64,000 nt of DNA from Eledone cirrhosa (taxonomy: Eukaryota), in NCBI GenBank assembly GCA_964016885.1, contig OZ024757.1, positions 40,548,001 through 40,612,000 on the forward strand, in the 5' to 3' direction. Numbering within the stretch: position 1 is the stretch's first letter; every line of letters begins with the position of its first letter. The notes under the pieces are model-generated. The model saw nothing but the letters and a program-made list of their open reading frames with translations, was not told the DNA's origin and did not search any database. Position numbers and translations under genes: made by a program. Positions 45,825-64,000 of the stretch are shown here, in pieces.

Positions 45825-45842
45825 TATATATGTGTGTATATA

Positions 45843-46717
45843 CGATGTGTGTCAGAAAGGTTCCAGGACTGATGTCAAAAGATTTATTTCAAACCCAAAC
45901 TAGTAGTTTTCTCCTTCAATTTAATCCCCCTGGAGTCTAATGCACTTCTCCATCATTTTCTGCTACGCTTGCATGCACTCCTGGAAGGATTCTTCCTGGA
46001 TCCTCCGCAGTTCCGTCGTCACGGCCTTTTTGATGTCAACCACGTCTTCAAAACGGGTCCCCTGCGGGTCGTACTCGAAGATCCATGACTCATCACCGCT
46101 GATGACTGTCCCTAGCAAGTCTGGTTCGGTTTCAAGACGCCCGAGGATGTCCTGGCAGGCTTGCATGCGCCGACCCTTCTGGTCAACGTTCAGCAATTTT
46201 GGCACCATCTTCGCGCAGACTTTCCGCATGTCCAAATCTTCAGTGAGAATCTTCCAGACGCTGTCCTGATTCATGCCCAGCTCATTTGCCACCAGTCGAA
46301 CAGTCAGCCAACGATCGCTACGCATCATCTGCCTGACGCGCTCAACGTTGACCTCAGTCCTGGTTGTTGAGGGCCTTCTGCTCCTGGGGTCATCTTGCAC
46401 CACTCAAAAACACGCGAGCGTGACACCTATTCATCCCCATACACTTGCTGCAGCAATCCCAGTGCTTCTGACGAAGTTTTCCCCAACCGTACCAGAAACT
46501 TCAAGTATGTTCATTGCTCTGTGCTCATTGCTTGACGACCTGAAACCGAGGACATGTATATAAAATTATGAAGAAAAATGTTTGATCGCTGCAGAGAGCT
46601 AAGATTACAGTTACATACTCCAGGGGATTACTTTGAAGGAGAAAACTCTTAGTGTGAAGTTTGGTTTGAAATAAATCTTTTGTGACATCGATCCTGGAAC
46701 TTCTCTGACACACCTCG
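45843..46717 (-). mobile_element. Internally deleted mariner (Tc1/mariner) transposon, 875 bp
   Basis: TA at 45841-42 and 46718-19; imperfect TIRs at 45843-45936 and 46617-46717 (CGA.GTGTGTCAGA..GTTCCAGGA..GATGTCA..AAAGATTTATTTCAAACC...CCCCTGGAGT). Confidence 0.93.
45901..46528 (-). pseudogene. Mariner transposase pseudogene
   Basis: MSTEQ*TYLKFLVRLGKTSSEALGLLQQVYGDE*VSRSRVFEWCK, then DDPRSRRPST..KVCAKMVPKLL (WVPHEL-like)..GDESWIFEYDP joined directly to GTRFEDV..EKCIRLQGD*IEG. The second and third catalytic Asp and the YSPDLAP motif are deleted. Confidence 0.92.
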
Positions 46718-46904
46718 TATATGTGTGTAAGTATGCACGTATGAGCTTATGCCTGTATATGTGTATATATATATGTGTGTATGTATGTATGAATGTATGT
46801 ATCTATGGAAGTATGTGGTTACGCATGAACTTATGCGCGTATGTATGTACCTCAGAATGTATGTATGTACTTATCTGGCTATGTACGTATATATATATAT
46901 ATAT

Positions 46905-47115
46905 ATAAAAGGTAAACAGAAATAACAACACAATCGGTACAGTATATAGAAGGGATATACTAAGTTAACGCTTGATATAGCAGGTTTCGGACGCTCGTCC
47001 TTCATCAGAAGAAAGAATGAGAAATAAAATAGATTGAGGAGACGGACGGGTTGGAATTGGGAAAAATGTGTTTAGATAAAAATAACAAGTCCATTTATGT
47101 TGAGATCTCTTGCAA
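46905..47115 (-). mobile_element. Family A element, hammerhead 3' half deleted
   Basis: Minus strand TCTT-CTGATGA-A-GGAC GAGC GTCC-GAAAC then jumps to CTGCTATATCAAG; a stub of the same element end lies at 36307-36360. Confidence 0.8.
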
Positions 47116-47781
47116 AACCCTTGTTCTACAATCTTTTTTCTTTCTATCTCCTTCTGTCATTCAATAGATAAATAGATGTATTGTCTACACCTTTTGCTTC
47201 GCCTTCTTCACACCAACCTTATTCTTTTCTCTTATTCTACACATATATATATAAATATATACATATATATACCCTTATCTTGAAACATCTCTTCAAATAT
47301 CTCTCCTCCCCAATAATCTCAACTTTCCTAATTCAAAGACTCCAATTTTTTAAACTTTAAACATTTATGCACAATTTTTGCTGATACTGTTGCTGCTGTT
47401 GTTGTTGTTGTTTTCTGTTTTTCTTCTTCTTCTTCTCCTCCTGGTTTCACGAGAGTACAGTATTATTGTGTCACACATCACAATATTCTAAAGAACGTCA
47501 CACGAACTTCCCACGACGATAGTGTGTCTCTGAAAGGTCTAGGATCATGATAATATCTTTAATGTTGTTATTTAAAGTAATGGTGGGGTAAAAATGTATG
47601 TTTGTTCGGATATCCAGGGACTGAGCGGAGGGTATGTTTTCATTTATTCCCTCAACAACAAACCTACAATGACGTGTTTGTCAGACATTTTATTTGGCTT
47701 ATGGGAAAGATGAAGAAGGAGAGAAGGAGAAGGAGAAACAAAAACGTTGGCATTTGAACTCAGAAGGTAAAATATAATAAA

Positions 47782-48150
47782 AATAATTGTTTCTACATTA
47801 GGCACAAGGCCAGCAATTTTGAGGAGCGGTAAAGTCGATTAAATTGACCCTAGTACATTATGCTACTTGTTTTATCGACCCCTTAAGGATGAAAAGCAAA
47901 GTTAAGCTCGGCGGGATTTGAACTCAGAAATTAAAAATACCTCCACCGAGCCTACCAATCCATATTACTATTATTATTAATGGTTTCTTATATAGTCACA
48001 AGGCCAGCAAAATCGGCCCCAGTACATTACTGGTATTTATTTTATCGACCCCCGTAAAGAAGAAAGGTAAAGTTAACCTCGGCAGGATTTGAACTCAGAT
48101 CATAAACGGCCGTAACTCTATGCTGCAAAGCATGGCGTCCGACCCTATAA
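47782..48150 (-). mobile_element. Two adjacent SINE family 2 copies
   Basis: CACAAGGCCAGCAA...TTTTATCGACCCC..AAGGATGAAA.GCAAAGTTAA.CTCGGC.GGATTTGAACTCAG occurs twice. Confidence 0.85.
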
Positions 48151-49927
48151 CGATAATAAGAGTTTCTTTCTTTATTTATTTATAATAATATTAATAACAA
48201 GAACAATAAAATTAGACTTGAACTGCAAACAAACACAAACCCACAAAAAATAGATATATATCAAGAGAGAAAATGGCGAATGAAACTTCAAACCAAATTG
48301 ATAGAGAAAATTTCAATAGGTTTGTGTATTACATAGTCTCGTTGCCGTTGGATATTATGAAATGGATATCAGAAAAATATTTTAGCTACACTAGAGATCG
48401 CTTTGTGACAGAGTAACGTTATCTTCAGCAACACAATATATGTCAGGGGTTATATAATTACTTACTAAAAAATAGCTAGAAACATGAGTATATATATTGT
48501 ATGTATATATGTATAAACACACACAGTTTTATACACACACACACATATATATATATATTCATATATAAAAATAAAAATACATACATCTATAAATATATAC
48601 ATATATTCATATATACATATTCATATATATCCATATGCATGTAATGTTTATATAGAAACGCATACACTTATATATATATGTTTATATATAATATATATTT
48701 GTTTGTACTGCCTCTCTGTTTTGTTCGTTCCATTTTTCACTATATATATATATATATCCCATATAATGTTTATATAGATACGCATACACTAATATATTAT
48801 ATATATATATATATTCGCTTTCGTTATCTTTCAAACGTATCACATGAATGTAATTTTCAAAGGCATTATTGTAGACAAATAATACAATATGCTGAAAGCC
48901 AGAGTGATATACAAATTATTATAAAATTACACAGACTAACTGATTTAAAAACATGTCATGGAATAGCTCTTGAAACAACAAATATAGACAATAATATATA
49001 TAATGTATAATATTATATAATGCTGTATATATTTGTTTTAAAATCCATTTTTTTTAGTTGTGTTTCATTCCCTTTGTATGCATAAAGCAACATATATACG
49101 TACATACATTGATATATATGCATATATATCACACACCCACATAGCACACACACACATATATATATATATATGTTAAGTTATTTCTGCAGAAAGGTTAAAG
49201 GAAAGAAGAGTGTTCTATGTATATTATAGAGCTATTTATTTATTATGTAATAAACAACACAATATAATTATTCCATTACACAAGGTTTCACGAAGTCAAA
49301 CTATCTAACAGAGACGTCTGAAGTCGTTCATCAGATAAAAATCTTTAATAAATATATATATATAAAATAGTTTTATATATATAATAGATATATCTCTCAT
49401 GACTTCATTTCAGTCACTCTCAAAAGTGTGAAACTAATAAACTACCATTTGTAATGACTCTCTGTATTTTGTTCGTCTAATATTTAACTAGATATATATA
49501 TATACATATATTAATACATACATACATACATATATATATGTATGTATATATACATATATATTTACATATAGGTGGGGAGGAAGGGAAACTGGGATGGTGT
49601 AGAATGGTGAGAATTGATTGAAGATTCCAAACTATTTTGACAAACAATTAATGCATCGTAATGCAGATTCTCCTGCAGCAAATAATCGCAGTGAGTGCAG
49701 CAGTCAGCCAGCCTCAACAGTCAGTGCACATTGTTAATAGAAGGCCTTCAGGTGAAATTCACAATGACATTTATTACACACACATTGTAGTGTGGTGTGC
49801 GCTAATTGAATATGCACCTGCTGGGAACGCTAACAGGGAAAGCAACACCGCGATTCTGTACTGTGCACCTGCATGAGAACAATTGTGCATTAATTAGTTA
49901 TTTAATTATTCAGGGTTAATATGCATA

Positions 49928-50200
49928 TATGGAGTCTGACACAAGAACTTGAAAAGAACCAGACGGTTCATACAAAAATATGTTTAGGTTTGTACAAAAT
50001 ATGAAACTGGAATAAACGTATTATAGTATGACAGTTTATACGGATACTTGAGCAAGTTAATAACTACAATTGCTTATAAGACTATTTACAATTTGTAGGA
50101 CATTGCAGGAGAAGAAGCAGAAAGTTATAGGCAAGCTACTATTATGGGAACCAGATCACGGATAATGCAGTATAGGCAAACCTGCTTGAACATTCATTAA
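49928..50200 (+). pseudogene. Degenerate RTE-type LINE ORF C-terminal remnant
   Basis: Frameshifted translation WSLTQELEK..DGSY..MFRFVQN..W..LYG..LQFVGHCRR..KVIGKLLLWEPDHG*CSIGKPA*TFI resembles the RTE-clade pattern WTLT..LE..LDG.YTRMLR..LN..W..LYG..RL.FAGHC.R....LLLWEP.HG.R..GRPA.TY (from recall). Confidence 0.75.
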
Positions 50201-51230
50201 GAAAGTTATAGGCAAGCTACTATTGTGGGAACCAGATCACGGATAATGCAGTATAGGCAAACCTGCTTGAACATTCATTAAGAAAGTTATAGCAAGCTAC
50301 TATTGTGGGAACCAGATCACGGATAATGCAGTATAGGCAAACCTGCTTGAACATTCATTAAGAAAGTTATAGGCAAGCTACTATTGTGGGAACCAGATCA
50401 CGGATAATGCAGTATAGGCAAACCTGCTTGAACATTCATTAAGAAAGTTATAGCAAGCTACTATTGTGGGAACCAGATCACGGATAATGCAGTATAGGCA
50501 AACCTGCTTGAACATTCATTAAGAAAGTTATAGGTAAGCTACTATTGTGGGAACCAGATCACGGATAATGCAGTATAGGCAAACCTGCTTGAACATTCAT
50601 TAAGAAAGTTATAGGCAAGCTACTATTGTGGGAACCAGATCACGGATAATGCAGTAATAGGCAAACCTGCTTGAACATTCATTAAGAAAGTTATAGGCAA
50701 GCTACTATTGTGGGAACCAGATCACGGATAATGCAGTATAGGCAGCCCTGCTTGAACATTCATTAAGAAAGTTATAGGCAAGCTACTATTGTGGGAACCA
50801 GATCACGGATAATGCAGTATAGGCAGCCCTGCTTGAACATTCATTAAGAAAGTTATAGGCAAGCTACTATTGTGGGAACCAGATCACGGATAATGCAGTA
50901 TAGGCAAACCTGCTTGAACATTCATTAAGAAAGTTATAGGCAAGCTACTATTGTGGGAACCAGATCACGGATAATGCAGTATAGACAAACCTGCTTGAAC
51001 ATTCATTAAGAAAGTTATAGGCAAGCTACTATTGTGGGAACCAGATCACGGATAATGCAGTATAGGCAGCCCTGCTTGAACATTCATTAAGAAAGTTATA
51101 GGCAAGCTACTATTGTGGGAACCAGATCACGGATAATGCAGTATAGGCAGCCCTGCTTGAACATTCATTAAGAAAGTTATAGGCAAGCTACTATTGTGGG
51201 AACCAGTTCACGGAAGATGCAGTGTAAGCA
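50119..51230 (+). repeat. 81-bp tandem array, 13 full copies plus one partial
   Basis: Unit AAGAAAGTTATAGGCAAGCTACTATTGTGGGAACCAGATCACGGATAATGCAGTATAGGCAAACCTGCTTGAACATTCATT; AAAGTTATAG starts at 50121, 50202, 50283, 50363 ... 51092, 51173. Confidence 0.97.
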
Positions 51231-51761
51231 ACTATGTTAAAAAATATACCTTATTTGGTCATATTATGAGAGTATCTTGGTCAACCTATGAAGGAATGGA
51301 GATAAAGCTGTGAAATGTTCCATACATTCATTTCAAAACCTTTTATTAATAACCGCATAGTTTCTATACGGGACTTTTATTGAATGACCAAATAAGGTTT
51401 ATATTTCAACAGCGTACCTTAAACACAATGTGCACCCTTCAGCCGACTCTGCCAGGCATTAGTAAACATGAGTTTATATTAGAAGGAACTTGCCCAAAGT
51501 CCCAAGCAATGGGAATGAAGACACAAACCAAGTCGGGTAGAAGCGGTGTTGGTATCTGTAGAGGTTCAGTACAGATTAGATTTAAAATTAGGCCATGTCC
51601 CGGGTAGCAAACTATTTTAATTAATTTTTATGAAATAAAAAAAAAAGACTTTTTTACTTTCAATCGTTTAGGTATTATTAATGCCATACTATTTTATTTT
51701 AATCATCATCAATCATGAATACACACATACACACACAACAGTTACACACACATACTCACAA

Positions 51762-51792
<31 letters not shown>

Positions 51793-51939
51793 GATATGTA
51801 CATTTCAGAAAAAGATATATGTATACACATATTTATATGAATAAAACACGACACACACGGGCACAAAAACACCCACACACAAATATATATATATAAATAT
51901 ATATAAATATATATAAGTATATATAAATATATAAATGAA

Positions 51940-52021
51940 AGAGTTCTACTCCTGTAGAAGCCACTTCTATACTAAATATTTATACACTGCTACGTATTGA
52001 GTTCCTTACTTAATGTGGTTT
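51940..52021 (+). mobile_element. Family B element 3' fragment
   Basis: GTTCTACTCCTGTAGAAGCCACTTCTATACTAAAT...GTATTGAGTTCCTTACTTA..GTGGTT matches the reverse complement of 10648-10730. Confidence 0.7.
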
Positions 52022-52032
52022 CCTCTCCCCCC

Positions 52033-52073
<41 letters not shown>

Positions 52074-52442
52074 CGTGTGTGTGTGAATATGTGAGTTCAT
52101 GTGATGGTGTGTATGCTTATGTGTATATATGGCATGTATTTATCTGTGTGTATACGTACGTAAGTAATTTGTTACGAGAACTTTAGATATAGACGTATGG
52201 TTGTGTCAGCCTCCATGATAGCAATTGTACCGACTAATGAGTCAGACAATAAACTTTAGCTATCAATCTATTATGTGTTGAAATACACTATCGATTTGAT
52301 CAAATAAGTGATCGATAGACTGTCACTTGATTTAGTTTCAAATCAGACACGTCAGTATATTTCCTACATACGTATTCAGACAATTATTCTAAGAGGTCAT
52401 TAGAAAAGATAGACTCCATCTGAATGTGTATATATATATATA

Positions 52443-52499
<57 letters not shown>

Positions 52500-52693
52500 G
52501 TATATATATGTGTATATGTGTCTATATATATATATATATATATAGATGTATTTATGTATATATACACATAAACATACATATATGCACATACAAGTATACG
52601 TATATATATCTACATATATATATATACGTACATACATATATTTATATATACGTATACATAATACACAGAAACACAAACGCACTGACACACACA

Positions 52694-52726
<33 letters not shown>

Positions 52727-53544
52727 ATGCGTGCGTGTGTGTGTGTAATATAATATGACCAAACTGGCAACTGTTTAAAGCTGTGCGGTTCTGTAGCTAT
52801 AATTGATGCTATATAGAATCTATACTATGTAATGTAGTGAAATACTAGCAACATATCTAAACATCTCATCTGTAATGATAGCAACCTGGAATATATTCTT
52901 ATAGTTATATTGCTGTTGTTATTTTGTTGTTGTGTTGTTGTTTTAAATAATAATATCGTCTCTTATATATCAGAAATTAATAATACATATGTTTCATGGC
53001 TTTCAAATGTTCTATTGAGGTAAAAATATGAAATATTAGAATAAATATTTATTTATTTTGGGGAATGTGTTGCTGAGAATCGTGGAAAGATTTTTGAAAA
53101 GCTAAATTTAAAAAAAAAAAAAAAAAAAAACATCACACAAACACAAAAAAGCAACAACAAGAAGGAAAAATATATTATTTTCATTATCATTATCGTTATA
53201 ATTGTTTCTATTTTCAAAAAACTAAATTTAAAAATAAAAAATAATATATATAATATATTCATTATCATTAGAGCTGTTATTGTTGTTATTTGTAAAAAAC
53301 TAAATTCAAAAGGACAAATAAAAAATAGCACAAAATTAAATTATTTTATTAATATTTTATTGTTGTCATTTTCGAAAAACTAACTTTAAAATAAAAATAA
53401 AAAAACCAATACGAAAAAAATATATCATTTTCATCATCATTATTAACATCGGAATAGTAGAAACAATTATTATCATCGGACGCCATGCTTTGAAGCACAC
53501 TTACGTCCCTTTACCGACTGAGTTCAAATCCCGCCGGGGTTAAC

Positions 53545-55905
<2,361 letters not shown>

Positions 55906-55906
55906 A

Positions 55907-56098
55907 TAAAATATGTAGTTTAGAAAGCCACAACAATGCAGATGGGAAATCTCGAGGTAGGAAGTGAGTGAGAAATAGGAGAAAGTGAAAATTGAGAGAA
56001 ACGTTTCTCTCAATTTTCACTTTCGCCTATTTCTCACTCACTTCCTACCTCGAGATTTCCCATCTGCATTGTTGTGGCTTTCTAAACTACATATTTTA
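55907..56098. repeat. Near-perfect 192-bp palindrome with no loop
   Basis: 96-bp arms centred at 56002/56003 (GAGAGAAAC|GTTTCTCTC); one mismatch seen (GGAGAA vs GGCGAA). Confidence 0.95.
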
Positions 56099-56133
56099 CA
56101 CATTTCACAATGCTTCAAGCAAACTTTAACACC

Positions 56134-56183
<50 letters not shown>

Positions 56184-56186
56184 ATA

Positions 56187-56384
<198 letters not shown>

Positions 56385-56877
56385 TGTATATATATAAATA
56401 TATATACAATATATATAATATACATATGTATTTCTGGATTGCGTCCAGAAATAGCTGTCTTACATACATAGAACCAGTAATGCACTGGTGTCAATTAAAG
56501 GACTTCCAACCCCCACTTCCAACTGCTTTAACAGTTCCCGTCACGAGAGAAGAGGATTGCTGAAAAATATTTATTACAATATAGATCTGGAAATATGGAA
56601 GAAAGCCATGTAAAGATCAGATCCTATAGGATTGCCTTGTGCTCTTAAAACGATATGAGAAGAAGTATCTGAAGCTATATGAAAATATCAACGAAATCTG
56701 ATAGTAAACAAATATCTTGAGCTATACCATATTGATATCTAGATGTATCTCACGGTCTTAGAGGATATCGTTAAGCGTTTCTTTTGGAAAGATATGACTT
56801 CAGCTTTAATATACATTTAGTCAAACTTACGTCAATACATCAATACATTTTTACATGTATACATATATATATACACA

Positions 56878-56923
<46 letters not shown>

Positions 56924-56944
56924 TTCATATATATACACACAAGC

Positions 56945-56975
<31 letters not shown>

Positions 56976-58000
56976 CACACATTCATATATATATATACAT
57001 ATATATATACATAGGATTAGAATACTAGAGCGTGTTTGAGTCAAACACCCTCTTCGTATTATAGAAATGACAGTAAAAGGTATAGCTCAATGCAGTTAAA
57101 CAGAGCCAACAAATTTTAATATTTTAATATTGTAATATGTAACATTATGATATTTAGACTTTACATATCGTGTTAGATGTCTGTATATTTTTTCTGTAAC
57201 AACATATTTTTTCTGTAACATCATAATTGTTCCCTGTACCAATATAATTTTTTTGAGTATTATTGTATTATATTATATGATTGATATTTCCTCATTTATT
57301 ATGTAACCCAGTATGAATCATGTTGTGCATATTGTTTATGGTAATTGTTAATATAATGTTAACATTTTATCATTGTATTTCACTGTGACATCTATATTGT
57401 TTCTGTAAATTAACCGGGGATTATCTATTCTACTTTATTATATTGTATTGTAGTATATAATTTTGTTGTTTATTATTTGTTATAAGTGTTTCTTGTAATT
57501 ATATCATATTATTGCCTCATGTATATTGGGTAGATGTATTAGCATTATTTTCACTATTACCATGCTTATTTTTGATATTTTTGATGTTCAAACTTCCAAT
57601 AGGGCTTAATTTCTGTGTAATAGAAAATAGATATGTGTATTGTAATATGTGTGTGTGTGTGTGTGTGTGCACATATATACATGTATATATTGTACCTTTT
57701 GATTTTTAATTTGGAATTTTAATGTTGGTATAGATATATTATTATTATAATGTATTATACTGTGTTATATATAATTCCTGCTCTATATAACCAAATTTGT
57801 TTAGATTTAAGTTGGTGGCTTTGGACTATATTTGTAATATGGTTCTTAATGTTATCTACATCCTTAGTTATTATAATTTTATTATTTTTATCTTCATTTT
57901 TATTATCGTATATCTTTGTAAGACATTAGTGTATGTACACTCCATATTCTTCAGAGTTTCTGGCTTGTATCTGCCGAAATTACCTCTTGTTGTTTTGATT

Positions 58001-58038
58001 GCCCTGATGAGTCCTTAATAGGACGAAACATTGTCGGC
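58001..58038 (+). ncRNA. Canonical type I hammerhead ribozyme (GUC site)
   Basis: GCC-CTGATGA-GTCC TTAATA GGAC-GAAA-C ATT-GTC-GGC: all core nucleotides, G-C-closed 4-bp stem II, short stem III, stem I GCC/GGC; AATAAA follows at 58040-58045. Confidence 0.85.
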
Positions 58039-58086
58039 TAATAAAAACTTTTGATGTATTAAAGGATTCTTTGTTTTACTCTCTTA

Positions 58087-62750
<4,664 letters not shown>

Positions 62751-62957
62751 ATTTCGTTTCTGAATTTGTTTAGCAAGATTCTTTATCTGAAAATGTGTGT
62801 TGAAACTGATATTGTTATACTTTGGGAGGGTCATGTTGCCAATAAGAAACACACGCACCTTTGCTTTCACTTCAATTTATTATAATAAATTTATAAATTT
62901 AGGAACTTATAAATTTCCGGTTGGTTGGTTCCACAACCAGATGATTGTTTATATATT

Positions 62958-63000
62958 GTCAAAGTTCTTTCGTCACACATTCTGTGACCTCTTCAGTGAC
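62958..63000 (-). ncRNA. Minimal type I hammerhead motif in the PLE 3' region
   Basis: Minus strand GTCA-CTGAAGA-G-GTCACA GAATG TGTGAC-GAAA-GAAC-TT-TGAC: 6-bp stem II, stem I GTCA/TGAC, minimal stem III; same strand as the EN ORF, ~200 nt after its stop. Confidence 0.7.
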
Positions 63001-63196
63001 TGGGGATTCTTTTCTTTGTTTTTGTGCCTCTCCTTTGTTCTGTCCTACGCCATCTTGTTTTTGTGTGTGTGTGCTTAGTTTGCGCATGTGTTACATCCGG
63101 GTGTCTGTGTGTGTTTATATTCGTTTATTTATTTGTTTATTTACATGTTACTGGTTGGTTGTTTGTTCTATGTGCGTGTGTGTTTTCATTTTGTCT

Positions 63197-63601
63197 TTAA
63201 TTGTAAGTTGTGATGTTGCTGTTACACTCATGTTTTCTATTTAATTTTGGTTGGGGTTCGTTTATGTTTATTGACTCTGAGATTTGTCTAAACATTGCGT
63301 CTTTTCTGTGTGTAGATTCTATTTTTATTTCTATGTTCTCTAATTTACCCTCATGTTCTATTTTAGCATGTTGGTAGAGTACAGATGATTCTTTACTATC
63401 TTGAAGGTCTCGCCAGTGTTCATTTATCCGTTCCCCTATACTACGAGCTGTCTCACCTATATACACTATATTTTTATCTCTACATTGTCCTTCAGTACAT
63501 CTTATGCTATATACTACATTTCTAGTTTTACAGTTAATATGGGGGCTTAATTTACAGATTATGCATTTCTTATCTATACAGGGAGGTATTTGAAAAGACT
63601 T
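63197..63601 (-). pseudogene. PLE Cys-rich linker plus GIY-YIG endonuclease (open frame, no RT part)
   Basis: Frame extends upstream of the listed ORF: KSFQIPPCIDKKCIICKLSPHINCKTRNVVYSIRCTEGQCRDKNIVYIGETARSIGERINEH...SVLYQHAKIEH...RQISESINI...PKLN. Shows VVY/YIG, R..EH, catalytic E and terminal N, plus the CCHH pattern typical of PLE EN. Confidence 0.9.
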
Positions 63602-63626
63602 ATATATACATTACATATATATATAA

Positions 63627-63720
63627 GCTTCTACAGGACTAGAACTGTTTCATTCGTGAGATATCATCAGGAAGCCCTGATGATTTCTCACGAATGAAAC
63701 AGTTCTAGTCCTATAGAAGC
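63627..63720. ncRNA. Inverted pair of family B hammerheads
   Basis: Minus 63627-63676: GGCTTC-CTGATGA-TATCTCACGAAT-GAAA-CAG TTCTAGTC CT-GTA-GAAGC. Plus 63677-63720: CTGATGA-TTTCTCACGAAT-GAAA-CAGTTCTAGTCCT-ATA-GAAGC, lacking its 5' stem I strand. Confidence 0.7.
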
Positions 63721-63828
63721 TCTTCTGTATTAAAACATTTATACTCTGTTATGTATTGAGTACCTCCGATTCAACCCGGAATAACTTATATATAGAGAGA
63801 GAGGTGTGTGACAATATACTCACTTGAA

Positions 63829-63918
63829 AGAAGAAGAAGAAGAAGAAGAAGAAGAAGAAGAAGAAGAAGAAGAAGAAGAAGAAGAAGAAGAAGAAGAAGA
63901 AGAAGAAGAAGAAGAAGA
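63829..63918. repeat. (GAA)n microsatellite; a similar tract lies at 34485-34563
   Basis: Directly visible. Confidence 0.97.
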
Positions 63919-64000
63919 AACACAAACAAACAGACAAAAAGTAGAAAAATGAGGAAAAGAAGAAGGCGAAGCCGACAAAAAAATACAAACAACCAAACCA

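Larger units (their letters stand above)
62752..63601 (-). mobile_element. 5'-truncated Penelope-like retroelement (EN domain, 3' UTR and hammerhead)
   Basis: GIY-YIG frame, then a UTR with a hammerhead, bounded by TA tracts. Pieces of its end recur at 35062-35100 and 60476-60507. Confidence 0.85.

Noticed and set aside
50119-51230. CRISPR-like array
   Set aside because: Units are contiguous and near-identical with no unique spacers; no cas genes; eukaryotic context; the unit derives from a LINE.
55985-56136. Peptide [12 protein letters not shown] as a PLE RT 'LPKLHK' motif
   Set aside because: Similarity is too short and weak to support without a search.

Overview
Eukaryotic, very AT-rich intergenic/intronic DNA dominated by (TA)n, (CA)n, (GA)n and trinucleotide microsatellites. 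Nearly all ORFs in the track are microsatellite artefacts (YIYI, HTHT, poly-L/T/V) and no intact host gene is recognisable. The repeat landscape and SINE sequences look like an octopod cephalopod genome (inference from recall, not a search). Recognisable elements: an internally deleted mariner transposon with ~100-bp TIRs (45843-46717), two Penelope-like element (PLE) coding remnants (GIY-YIG endonuclease at 63197-63601; RT thumb/linker at 20291-20497), a CR1/L2-type LINE 3' end, two tRNA-derived SINE families and several minisatellites. The main hidden signal is non-coding: about ten type I hammerhead ribozyme motifs (CUGANGA...GAAA...UH), intact or degenerate, from at least five sequence families on both strands. 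They sit in short PLE-derived elements next to (TA)n tracts, and several of these elements are fold-back (inverted) duplications. An 81-bp tandem array is an amplified 27-codon piece of an RTE-type LINE. All structures were read by eye; no ribozyme activity has been shown.
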